Assembly (NCBI GenBank): GCA_964016885.1
Contig: OZ024762.1
Span: 27,900,001 to 27,964,000, forward strand
Direction: 5' to 3'
Length of the DNA stretch: 64,000 bases
Origin: Eledone cirrhosa
Taxonomy: Eukaryota
Shown one piece after another: positions 11,729-23,549 of the stretch. Made by a program: the position numbers and the translations under genes. Under the pieces are notes generated by a model that was not told the DNA's origin, ran no database searches, and was given only the letters and a program-made list of their open reading frames with translations. Position 1 is the first letter of the stretch, and each line of letters starts with the position of its first letter.

Positions 11729-12445
11729 ATGCGTTGGACGAAGCACGTCTCTAAAATTGTCAAGCAGGCCGAGGATGTCTTAGCATCACTCAGCAAGACC
11801 TTTGTCAGCCGCTCTCCAGCTATCTATTTAAAGCTGTACAAAGCTATGGTGCGGCCACACTTAGAATTTGCATCACCGGTCTGGATCCCCTATCTTGCTC
11901 AGAACATTGACTTCCTGGAAACTGTTCAGAGACGTGCAACCAAGCGAATACCCTCCATCAGGCATCTACCATACTCTGAACGCCTTGCTTCCCTGGGCAT
12001 GGATACATACGACGCCTGGCAACTGACTTGGTAAACACCCACAAAATTGTTAACCATCTTGCCAACAACAACCCTGAGTACCTTTTTGATTTCCATGTGT
12101 CTAACACCCGTGGGCATGCCCACAAAGTGTCTTTTAACACCCGCGGGCATGCCCACAAAGTCAGAAAACAGCACAGTTCCCATGACTTTCGGAAACATTT
12201 TGAGTTGCTGAAGCATGGAACATTAGTTATTAGCTGTTGAGACACTGCATCCTTTAAAACCTCCATGCTTCCTGAGATTTGCCAAAATATTCCCCCTCCA
12301 TACATATACACACATGTATATCATGACACATACACTATTCACTTCCCTGATATTTGTATATTATTCTATGTACTATACATGCACCTTTGACGAGTTGTAG
12401 TGCACCTGAGCACTTTACACATTAATTTCATTATTATTATATTAT
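11729..12445 (+). mobile_element. 5'-truncated CR1/L2-group LINE
   Basis: LYKAMVRPHLEFASPVW..LETVQRRATK..YSERLASLG..TRGH motifs and an (ATT)n tail. Confidence 0.85.
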
Positions 12446-13083
12446 TATACATATTTATATATTTACATATTTATATCATCATCATCACCATTTTACGTCC
12501 GTTCTTCCACGATAGCATGGGTTAGACAGCGAACTGATTCTGGCTTGATTTCTACAGCTGGATGCCCTTCCTAACACCAACCTCATTTACAGTGAGTGCT
12601 GGGTGCTTTTTTGCCGTGGCACCTCTATGACCACTTTGCAGTGGAATGATAGGGACCACAGTCCCTATCATCTCATTTCTACAGCTGAGTAAACTGGAGC
12701 AATGTGAAATAAAGTGTCTTGCTCAAGGAAACAACACATCACCCGGTCCGAGAATTGAACTCACAACCTTTCGATTGCAAGCCCAATGCTCTAACCACTA
12801 AGCCATGTGCCTCCACATATATATGCCTCCACATATATATACATATTTATATATTTAGACGTACCCATAGACAAACAGCTTACAGCTGGTACCTGAAGAA
12901 TTCATTCCAAGAAATTCCAGCTGCACACTAACACCTGGATATGTTTCAGCTTATAACCCCCTAGTTGTGTTGTCTAGGGAATTCTCCCACACTCGAACAC
13001 TCCACACCCTGGATATTATTTTAAAGTAACTTAAACCTTAGACTTGGTTTCGACCAATACTGCCTGAAATTTATCTAAGTCTA

Positions 13084-13129
<46 letters not shown>

Positions 13130-13146
13130 TATATATAGATATATAT

Positions 13147-13428
13147 AATAAATGTAATCTGAGTTTTTCGAATATTAATAACAACATCCGATTCGTTTGC
13201 AATTTTGCAAACAAGCTTCAATTTTATAGCCATGTCAGGAGAATGAACACTTCCTTCATGTTTGCATGCCAATATAAGAGCAAGAATGAAGTGTTCATTC
13301 TCCTGACATGGCTATAAAATTGAGGCTTGTTTGCAAAATTGCAAACAAATCGAATGTTATTATTAATATTCGAAAAACTCAGATTGCATTTATTGTATTC
13401 AGCCATGTAGAGCGACATTTTCTTTTTT
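13147..13428 (+). mobile_element. Fold-back element in (TA)n, no ribozyme core visible
   Basis: Arms 13147-13253/13288-13394 plus a one-sided terminal extension to 13428. Confidence 0.65.
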
Positions 13429-13528
13429 ATATATATATGTATATAAATATATTTGAAAAACTTCACCAGGTGGTGCTATTAAGTTAGACATGGCCTGGGC
13501 TGAAACCTATCAAAATTATTAAAGTTAA

Positions 13529-13581
<53 letters not shown>

Positions 13582-13586
<5 letters not shown>

Positions 13587-13789
13587 GTGGAACACTGGAA
13601 GGTAATATCCGTAGTGGTAGAGCAATCAGTCCATGGGACGAGTTAGGTAGAAGTGGTTACACAACAGTTAGTTCACCATACCAAGAAAAATTGTTTCACC
13701 TTAGCAGATCCTCAGCAGTACGAGCTGAGGATCCGCTAAGGTGAAACAATTGTTCTCGGTATGGTGAACTAACTGTTGTGTAACCACTT
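13582..13789 (-). mobile_element. Fold-back element with hammerhead at its apex
   Basis: Arms 13651-13716/13724-13789 between two long (TA)n tracts. Confidence 0.78.
13721..13758 (+). ncRNA. Minimal hammerhead ribozyme
   Basis: CGAG-CTGAGGA-TCC-GCTAA-GGT-GAAAC-AATT-GTT-CTCG. Confidence 0.8.
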
Positions 13790-14191
13790 ATATATATATA
13801 TATATATATATATAGTATATATAATAATAGACCACGAAAAACATGGGCGGAGGTGGTGAGAACAGACCTCAGATCATTGAAGCTCACGGTGGAGATGACG
13901 AGGGACCATGACGAGTGGAGAGATGCTGTGCGGAATAAGACCCGTCCCACCCTTGCAAGCAGGGAAAAGCGGACGTAAAATGATGATGATGATGATGATG
14001 ATGATGTTCCTGTTTTGGGCACAAAGTCAACAATTTGAAAGGAAGGGAAAGTCAATTAATTTGACTCCAGTGCATGACTGGTACTTTATTTTATCAACCT
14101 CCGTAAGGATGAAAGACAAAGTAAACCTCAGCATGATTTAGGTATAAACCAAAGTTATAGCTGCAGTAAAGGAGATACCAATTGAATTATA

Positions 14192-14227
<36 letters not shown>

Positions 14228-14269
14228 CACACACATATATATATATATATGTACAGTATATATATATAT

Positions 14270-17250
14270 CATCATCATCATCATCATCACCGTTTTACGT
14301 CCGTTCTTCCACGCTAGCATGGGTTAGACGGGTTGTCCTGTTGTGGGCAGTGTCTGGTCGGCTGACCATGCCTTGCTCATACAGGAACTGATCTGGCTTG
14401 ATTTCTACAGCTGGATGCCCTTCCTAACACCAACCTCATTTACAGTGAGTGCTGGGTGCTTTTTCGTGGCGCCTACACGTCCACTTTACAGTGTGGGCTG
14501 GGTGCTTTTTTGCCGTGGCACCTCCACGACCACCTTGCGGTGGGGGGGGGGGGCATATTGTTTATATGCTTCAGCATGTACCCATGGGAGGTCGGGTACC
14601 CTGTATTACTGCGTGACGCCAGAAGTCACGGTCGTGTGTCATTGACTTTGAGAGGTGTAGTTGGGTAAGGTCGGCTTTTATCACCTCATCCCAAGTCATC
14701 TTGGGTCTCCCCACTCCGCGGTTTCCATCAACTTCTAGTGCTCTGCACCTTTTTATGCAGCTGTCATCCTTCATACGCATCACATGTCCATACCAGCGTA
14801 ACCGCCTCTCCTGCACGCAGCATTTGATTCCTCTTATGCTCAGTCTCTCTCTCAATTCATTTATGCTTTGTCGTTCACGTATATTACTGTTACACATCCA
14901 TCGGAGCATGCAGGCTTCGTTTCTCTCTAATCTACGTAAGTCTTCCACCTTCAGCGCCCAGGTCTCACTACCATGCAACATCGCTGTTCGGATACACGCA
15001 TCATACAGTCTGCCTTTCATTCTGAGGGAGAAGCCTTTTGCAGCTAGCAGTGGTAGTAGTTCCCTAAACTTCTTCCATCCCGTTCTTACCCTAGTTATTG
15101 TACTTTCTGAGCACCCACCTCCGTTGCTAATTCGGTCACCTAGGTAGCAGAAGCTGTCTACTGTTTCTACAGGGCCCTCCCAGAGATTGGTGGTACTTGT
15201 TTCCTGTGGCTGTTTGCTTGCTGTTTCAGCACAGCTGCTGCATGTGAATCCTACATTCTTAATTAGGCTTCCTGAGATCCCGCTACATCTCTTGTGTACC
15301 CATTGTTTGCATTTGGGGCAAAGAATGGAGTTCCTACCTACACCTTTCCTACATACTGAGCAAGGCCATTTCCCTGAGGGGATCTGGGTTCTGTTTTCTC
15401 GTCTACTTATAAGGACCTTAGTCTTTGTCATGTTGACTTTGAGGCCCTTTCTCTCTAGTCCCTGCTTCCAGGTTTGGAATTTATTCTCTAGTTCTACCAT
15501 AGATTCAGCTATGAGTGCGAGGTCATCAGCATACAGGAGTTCCCATGGGCATCCGGTCTTAAACTCCTCCGTTATTGCCTGCAGGACTATGATGAACAGG
15601 AGAGGGCTAAGAACAGAGCCCTGGTGGACCCCAACCTGTACGCTAAATTCCTCGCTATACTCATTGCCAATCCTAACTTTGCTGACTGCTCCCCTATACA
15701 TGGCTTGTACCGCTTTCACAAGCCATTCATCTACTCCTAGTTTTCTAAGAGCCCACCAGATTACTGCACGTGGCACTCTGTCAAAGGCTTTCTCAAGGTC
15801 GACAAATGCCAAGTAGAGTGGCTTACTTTTAGCTAGGTACTTTTCCTGTAATTGCCTCACAAGGAAGAGCGCATCAGTGGTGCCTTTCCCTGGTACAAAC
15901 CCAAATTGCATCTCGTCTATATTCACCCGGTCCCTAATCAGCTGTGCTATAACTCTTTCTGTTACTTTCATGACCTGGTCCATCAACTTTATACCTCTAT
16001 AGTTTCCTCTATCTAGTGCATCGCCTTTACCTTTGTAGCAGTTGACAATGATGCTACTGCACCAATCTTTTGGTATGGCCCCCTCTAGTAGTACCTGGTT
16101 AACGATACGTGTGGTTATAGTGTGACCTACAGACCCAGATGCCTTCAGCATCTCGGCAGCTATACCCGATGGACCGGTTGCCTTCCCTATCTTCATATCT
16201 CTGATTGCCTTACTTACTACGCTGCCGCTGACTTGTACTGCTGGTCCCTCTATAGGGTCTACGTGGGGTAGGGTCTCTTCTTCCCATGCATTCTCCTCAT
16301 TTAGTAATCTATCATAATGACTCTTCCATGCATCTTTCTTCTCAGCACTTGTGAGGGCAAGCTCACCTTTATCATTCCGGATACACTTCTCTCCAATGAC
16401 ATCACAACTATCTCTGACACACTGCCTCGCAATCTTGAATACCTCCTGTTTCTGGTCCTCACGTTGTAAAACATGCTTGAATTTTCTATCCTCTGCTTCC
16501 CTCCTAGCTAAGTATACTTGTCGCCTAGCTTCCCTCTTGGTCTCTATGTAATGTACCCTGCTCCCCCCGTTCTTCCATTCTTTCCATGCCTGTCTCTTGG
16601 CCTTGACTGCTTCATCTACCTTATTGTTCCACCACCAAGTCACTTTCCTCCTGCTTGAGGTCTTACTCCAGCCACAAACCTCATCCGTCGCCTCTAGTAA
16701 GTTATTTTTTAGGAACTCCCAGTTCTCTTCTACGTTAAATGTCTCTATCTGTTCTTCTTTACTGTCGTAGGCGTTGAGTAAAATATCTTTAAATCTGTTA
16801 CTGGTTGAGGGGACTTTCAGCTTCCAGATCTTTCTTCTCCAGGTTGGCCTCTGTTTCAGGGCTCGTCTAGTTCTGACCGTGAGGTCGCTGACAACTAAGC
16901 TATGTTGGGATGTACATTCCTCACTAGGGAAGGCTTTTGTGTTTACGACCGTCCATCTGTCACGTCCTCTGATGAGGATAAAATCTAACTGACTAGAGTG
17001 CTCCCCTGATCTATAGGTGATCAGGTGGTTGTCGGGTTTTTTAAAGTTTGTGTTACATATCGACATGTCATTGGCGTCGCAGAATTCTAGAAGTCTGAAT
17101 CCTTCCTCATTCCTTGTGCCAACTCCATGGCCTCCATGTACTCTATTGAAGCCGTCGCAGTGTTTACCTACGTGTCCGTTAAAATCTCCTGCAATGATTA
17201 GGAAGTCCTTGTCGTCTGTTAGAGCAGTAGTGTGTATTAGGGACTCGTAA
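14270..17250 (-). mobile_element. Young RTE-clade LINE, 5'-truncated within the APE domain
   Basis: 3' UTR and (GAT)n tail at 14270-14570. (TA)n on both sides. Near-identical copies at 2234 and 63820. Confidence 0.95.
14571..17250 (-). CDS. RTE ORF: partial AP endonuclease, reverse transcriptase and PHD-like finger
   Basis: GDFNGHVG and SQLDFIL/TSQH (APE). KGKGD..NYRGI, QFGF, VDLEKAFD, GVHQGSVLSP, YADD (RT). C4HC3 pattern CSVC..CPKC..H..C..CSSC. The frame continues upstream of 17066 to the truncation point. Confidence 0.93.
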
Positions 17251-17800
17251 ATATATATATATATCGAAAGGTTGTGAGTTCAATTCTCAGACCGGGTGAT
17301 GTGTTGTTTCCTTGAGCAAGACACTTTATTTCACATTGCTCCAGTTTACTCAGCTGTAGAAATGAGATGATAGGGACTGGGGTCCCTATCATTCCACTGC
17401 AAAGTGGTTATGGAGGTGCCACGGCAAAATAGCACCCACCACTCACTGTAAATGAGGTTGGCGTTAGGAAGGGCATCTAGCTGTAGAAATCAAGCCAGAA
17501 TCAGTTCCCGTCCCACCCTTGCAAGCAGGGAAATGAATGAATATATATATATTAGTCATAATAAGGAGCAGAATGGAGCTTAAACATACCAACTTTGGTG
17601 AAACACCAGTATATATATATATACTACATATATATACTATATATACTGTAAATGTGGTTGTGTTAGGAAGGGCATCCAGCCGTAGAAACCTGCCAGATAT
17701 ATGAGCGAGACACGGTCACCCGACCAGCCTTGCCTCAAGTGGGATAACTCCCGTCTAACCCATGCTAGCGTGGAAAATGGACGTTAAACGAAGATGATGA

Positions 17801-17844
<44 letters not shown>

Positions 17845-18088
17845 TCATTTAAAAGTCTGAGAAATCAGCTTACGTATATTGTTTGTATATAAATATATGT
17901 GTGTGTGTACGTACATGTATGTGTGTGTCTGTGTGTATTTATATAGGTACATATACAAATATATATATCATTTATATACATACATATGTGTGTGCATATG
18001 TTTGTTTTCATATATGTACATATACATTCATATATATATACATTCGTATATATATATATATATGTGTGTGTGTGTATATATATGTGTG

Positions 18089-18137
<49 letters not shown>

Positions 18138-18636
18138 TATATATATATACATATATATAAATGTATATGTACATATATAAAAAGCTTCAATACTATGGGC
18201 ATGTGGTTAGAATATCTCAAGATAGAATTGCTGGAAAGATTTTACAGGCAAAACCAACCGGCAAGGAACCCAGGAGTAGACCTCAAGCAAGTTGGATAAC
18301 ATCCATAAACTTGGCTGGTCTCACTTAGGTGATCCAGCTGGATAAATTGGAGAGGGTTGCTGCTGACAGGATCCACTGAAAGGAGTGATTAAGGACTCTT
18401 CTTTTCAAGAAGAAGACGATGAAGAAGAAAACTGTTTGAAAGCCCTTAGAATGGACTGTGCCATGCTGAATCTCTCTGAGGACTACGTTAAGTGTATATG
18501 TGTGTTTGTAGAATCCATAGGCACATAGTCTTTAATAACATGAGCAGGCAGTTCCATTGATCGGACAACAGGAACTATTATGGTTGAAACAAATGGATGA
18601 AGGTTCATTGTTCCTTGTTCTGTGTATATATATATA

Positions 18637-18710
18637 CACAGGGTGTCCCCAAATAATGTATACATACTTTGAATATCCGTACAGTACATTTTTTTTTGAG
18701 ACACGCTGTA
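18637..18710. mobile_element. Tc1/mariner-type MITE remnant (related copy about 49668-49745)
   Basis: CAGGGTGTCCCCAAA ... TTTTGAGACACGCTG terminal inverted repeats in TA context. Confidence 0.5.
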
Positions 18711-18765
18711 TATTTATATATATATATATACATACACATGTGTTTGTGTGTGTATTATATATATG

Positions 18766-18797
<32 letters not shown>

Positions 18798-18938
18798 GAA
18801 TGATATTAAATAAATGGAAACTATATTTATAAAACCATATTTATTCTATTATATATATATCAAGGGTACCAAAACTGGTACGTTCTCATCAGATAAAATA
18901 CAAAGTTTGTTTTATAAATATTGAATATCCCTTTTGCT

Positions 18939-18977
<39 letters not shown>

Positions 18978-19090
18978 AAGTATTTCCGTAGAAAATGCAG
19001 AGGAAAGAAGAGTGCTCTATGCATTGTACAGAGCTATATATACATGTATATATGTATGTATGTATATATGTATATATGTATATATGTATG

Positions 19091-19121
<31 letters not shown>

Positions 19122-19681
19122 ACACATGCATATATAGATAGATAGATAGATAGATATATGTTATTATTTCTGGCAATATTATAACAATAAGACCCTACCA
19201 ATGTATAACAATATTTGTTTCGACACGATTTCATATCAAAAACCTTGCAAAACAAATATATATATATATATATATACACCAGTCCCACCTTTCAGCTGTC
19301 CCCTGCCATATACTCCCCACATCAACTTGAGAAGACAACAGTTATTAATAACAAAACAAATGAATAGTAAATGGTAATTATGGAAACAACAGAACAACTG
19401 GTTCTATATTTACCACAACACCACCAAAGACATACAATACATATACACTATGTATATATACTTCATATGATATATATATATATGTATTCAGGTTTGAGGT
19501 TCACCATTGGATAGAGCTGGTCAATTCCGTGTGGTCAATCGCAATGTAATAATATGGAGAGTACTCAACGTAAAGCAGTTCAACCGTCTTTGTTTTTGTA
19601 GTTGGTGGTGCTATTACGGAGTTAAATATTATAATAAAATGACAGGAGGCTGGACTTGTGTAAATCCTTGAAAGGTTTATT

Positions 19682-19739
19682 ATACTATGATCATTTCAAT
19701 GACCGGGTTCCGTATGAATCTGGTGATATCATCAGGTAT
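19682..19739 (-). ncRNA. Hammerhead ribozyme in pLTR-like repeat 19490-19790
   Basis: Minus strand reads ATAC-CTGATGA...GAAA-TGATCA-TA-GTAT. Homologous to 41744-41801. Confidence 0.78.
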
Positions 19740-19812
19740 TCGAAATATAATACGTGAATGTATTAGATAAAATCCATGGGGCTGAAAATGATTATATATA
19801 TATGTATATATA

Positions 19813-20003
19813 TAACAAAGAAAGTGTAGTAAGATACCAGGTGGACCATAACGCACCAGAGAACTTGATAGTTAGGATAGTAGAGTGGGTAATAGGAAAA
19901 AGAGTCAGGACCCCAACGGTTGAGCTCCGGCCACTTTGACAGCTAGATCTAGCTATCAAAACAGCCAGAGCTCATTCTTTGGGGTCCTGACTCTTTTCCT
20001 ATT
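19813..20003 (-). mobile_element. Fold-back element, family also at 41989-42166 and about 11280-11352
   Basis: Imperfect arms from 19891 to 20003 centred on AGCTAGATCTAGCT. Terminal segment shared with 41989. Confidence 0.6.
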
Positions 20004-20596
20004 ATTTCTTATATATATATATATATATATACATGTATATGTGCCTATATATACATGTAAATATATATGTATATATACACATATATACATGTATATATGT
20101 ATTTATATATATATATGTGTGTGTGTGTATATGTATATATACACACACACATGTATTTATATATGTATTCATATATATATATATATATATGTATATATGT
20201 GTGTACATATACACATATATACATGCATATATGTATTTATATACACACATATATGTACATATATACATATGTGAGTGTGTTCTGTTACTATTTCTGGCAA
20301 TATTATTACAATATGTCCCTCCCCAAGTATAACAATATATATATATTAGTGTATTGAAATTGTTTAGTATTTGAATGGTTAGAAGGGGGGTGTTCCAGCA
20401 TGGCCTGAGCTACCTTGACATCAAACACCAAATCAAAGAATCACTTCAGAACAACAAGTTTGAAATTGGACCTGAAAGAATTTCAAAGATTTTAAAGAAC
20501 TTACCTTTTCATAGAATTAGATAGATACACCCAGGTGGTAGTGTTATACATACATATACATACACACATATACACACATATATGTGTATATACTAT

Positions 20597-20627
<31 letters not shown>

Positions 20628-20940
20628 TATAAATAATATATATGTATATATATATTATATATATATACAATATATATATATATATATATGTATGTGTGTT
20701 TCTAGATGTAACTCCTTGTTTTGTCACTCCTATGAACTACCTTAGGTTTTTGTTATTGTTGTTGTTGTTATTGTTGTTGTTGTTGTTAGAGTTGCTGTTC
20801 CTCATAGTGTTGTTGTTGGTGTTGTTGTCATTGATAATATGTGTTTGCTGTTGTTTGTTCCTTACTACTAATGGGATGGGGGAACCATGGCTAGCAGCTG
20901 ACAGCCGCCCACATCTGTACTAGTAGTAGTAGTAGCAGCG

Positions 20941-21012
<72 letters not shown>

Positions 21013-21224
21013 AGATCTATGTGCTCTTTAGCCCCAGGTCTGCTCCGATCCTGTCCGAGCAAAGCTCTGTGGTTCAGGAATTTGAGATGACATGGGGCTG
21101 GTTTGAATGAGATTTAGCTGCTATTTCTAGCTCTCAAGTAACCATATAGAGGTCCACCTCCTTAACTCGGGTTCTTTGTAAGATATATTGAGCTTCATAG
21201 TAGCGGCTGTAGTAGTAGTAGTAT

Positions 21225-21269
<45 letters not shown>

Positions 21270-21469
21270 CAACAGCAGCAGTAGTAGTAGTAGGCTTGTT
21301 TGAGAGACCTTGGCTGTTATATCTAGCAATCAAGTGACCATGTAGAGGTCTACCTTTGGGTTCCTTGTAAGATATATTGTAGTCAGTAGTAGTAGTAGTA
21401 AGTAATCCTAGTATTAGTAGTAGGAGTGGTAGTGATGGTGTTGCTAGTGGTGGTAGTGGTAGTGGTGGT

Positions 21470-22370
21470 GGTAGTGTGAGTGGTGTTGTTGGTGGTGGTA
21501 GTTGTGTGTGAGTGATGGTGGTGGTGGTGGTGGTGGTGGTAGTTGTGTGTGAGTGGTGGTGGTGGTGGTGGTGGTAGTTGTGTGTGAGTGGTGGTGGTGG
21601 TGGTGGTGGTAGTTGTGTGTGAGTGGTGGTGGTGGTGGTGGTGGTAGCTGTGTGTGAGTGGTGGTGGTGGTGGTGGTGGTAGTTGTGTGTGAGTGGTGGT
21701 GGTGGTGGTGGTAGTTGTGTGTGAGTGATGGTGGTGGTGGTGGTGGTGGTAGTTGTGTGTGAGTGGTGGTGGTGGTGGTGGTGGTAGTTGTGTGTGAGTG
21801 GTGGTGGTGGTAGTTGTGTGTGAGTGGTGGTGGTGGTGGTGGTGGTGGTAGTTGTGTGTGAGTGGTGGTGGTGGTGGTGGTGGTAGTTGTGTGTGAGTGG
21901 TGGTGGTGGTGGTGGTGGTAGTTGTGTGTGAGTGGTGGTGGTGGTGGTGGTGGTAGTTGTGTGTGAGTGGTGGTGGTGGTAGTTGTGTGTGAGTGGTGGT
22001 GGTGGTGGTGGTGGTGGTAGTTGTGTGTGAGTGGTGGTGATGGTGGTGGTGGTAGTTGTGTGTGAGTGGTGGTGGTGGTGGTGGTGGTAGTTGTGTGTGA
22101 GTGGTGGTGATGGTGGTAGTTGTGTGTGAGTGGTGGTGGTGGTGGTGGTGGTAGTTGTGTGTGAGTGGTGGTGGTGGTAGTTGTGTGTGAGTGGTGGTGG
22201 TGGTAGTTGTGTGTGAGTGGTGGTGGTGGTGGTGGTGGTAGTTGTGTGTGAGTGGTGGTGGTGGTAGTTGTGTGTGAGTGGTGGTGGTGGTGGTGGTGGT
22301 AGTTGTGTGTGAGTGGTGGTGGTGGTAGTTGTGTGTGAGTGGTGGTGGTGGTAGTTGTGTGTGAGTGGTG
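21470..22370. repeat. Minisatellite (GGT)n-AGTTGTGTGTGAGT
   Basis: Dozens of units with a variable GGT count. Confidence 0.95.
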
Positions 22371-23283
22371 CCTAAGAACAGAGTTTGTAAAAGAGAAACA
22401 GTTTAGGTCAACTTCTAATCCAGTTTATGTTGTTTGATGACAGAGTGTAAGAGGAATTGGTAGAGTGTCTCAGACTTGGTTCCTTAACTTGAAGGTTAAG
22501 GTGAGGAGGAGGAGGAGGAGGAGGAGGTGATATATATAGAGAGAGGGGGGCACAAGGAGGGAAGAAGGGGAAGGAGGTTGAAATCGAAAGACAGGGAGGG
22601 AGAAGGAGAGAAAGTGAGAGAGAGAGGGGCAGAGAGAGATGGAGGAAGGGGAAGGAAAGAGGTTGAAATGGAAAGACAGGGAGGGTGAGTGCGAGAAAGT
22701 GTGAGAGAGGCAGAGAGAGATGGAGGGAGGGAGGGAGGAGAAAAAGTGAGAGAGATGAGAGTAGGTAAGTCTGTGTTTTATCACATGGGGTGTGATAACA
22801 CATGGATACTAGACAGGGAGAGAGAGGAGGGTGGGATAGTGACAGAGGAGAGAGGGAGGACAAAGAAGGATAGAGAGGGAGAGAGAGAGGTAGATGTCTC
22901 TGAATATCACATGGGGTGTGATATATAGATAGGAGAGGGAGAGACAGAGAGAGGTATGTGTATGGCATGGGGTGTGATATATAAGATATTAGATGGAGAG
23001 ACTGTTCTGTGTGTGACTGTGTGTGTGTATGTGTGTGTATTACTGTGTGTTGGTATGTATGTTACTGTGTTGTGTGTATATGTGTGCATATGTGTATATG
23101 TGTCTGTTTGGGTATCCCTTTAGAGACACACAGACAGACAGAAAGCAGAAGGGGCCAGAGAAATGAAGGGATTGGGTTACAGAGAGAGAGTGAGATAGAA
23201 AAAGAGAGAGAGAAAATAGCAGGGAGGGAGAGGAACAATGAGAGAGAGAGAGAGAGAGAGAAATAGCAGGGAGGGGGAGGGAG

Positions 23284-23317
<34 letters not shown>

Positions 23318-23549
23318 GGGATGGAGGGAGGGTGTGAAGATGGTGATGAAGTAAGTTGGGATAATCCTGTGGAAGTAAGTAAAGAAGAGAGAGAGAGGGG
23401 GGGATGATGATGATGATGGTGGGGGTGGCACTTGGGGTGGGGGTTTTAGGGTTGGAGATTATTAGTAGTAGTAACTGTAGGTATTGATAGTGAGCTGGGG
23501 GTGGATGGCTAGGAGGGGTGCTAGTGCTGGTGCTCTGTGGTGGGGGTAG

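Noticed and set aside
12881-12924. CAGCTGG..CTGAAGA..GAAATT-CCAGCTG hammerhead-like string
   Set aside because: Stem II and stem III cannot form properly and the spacing is wrong. The nearby minus-strand GAAACCAAGTC (about 13040-13050) lacks a CUGANGA partner.
20395-20545. Possible small exon (41 open codons on +, or ATGAAAAG/GTAAGT on -)
   Set aside because: No recognisable homology or partner exons; compatible with chance.
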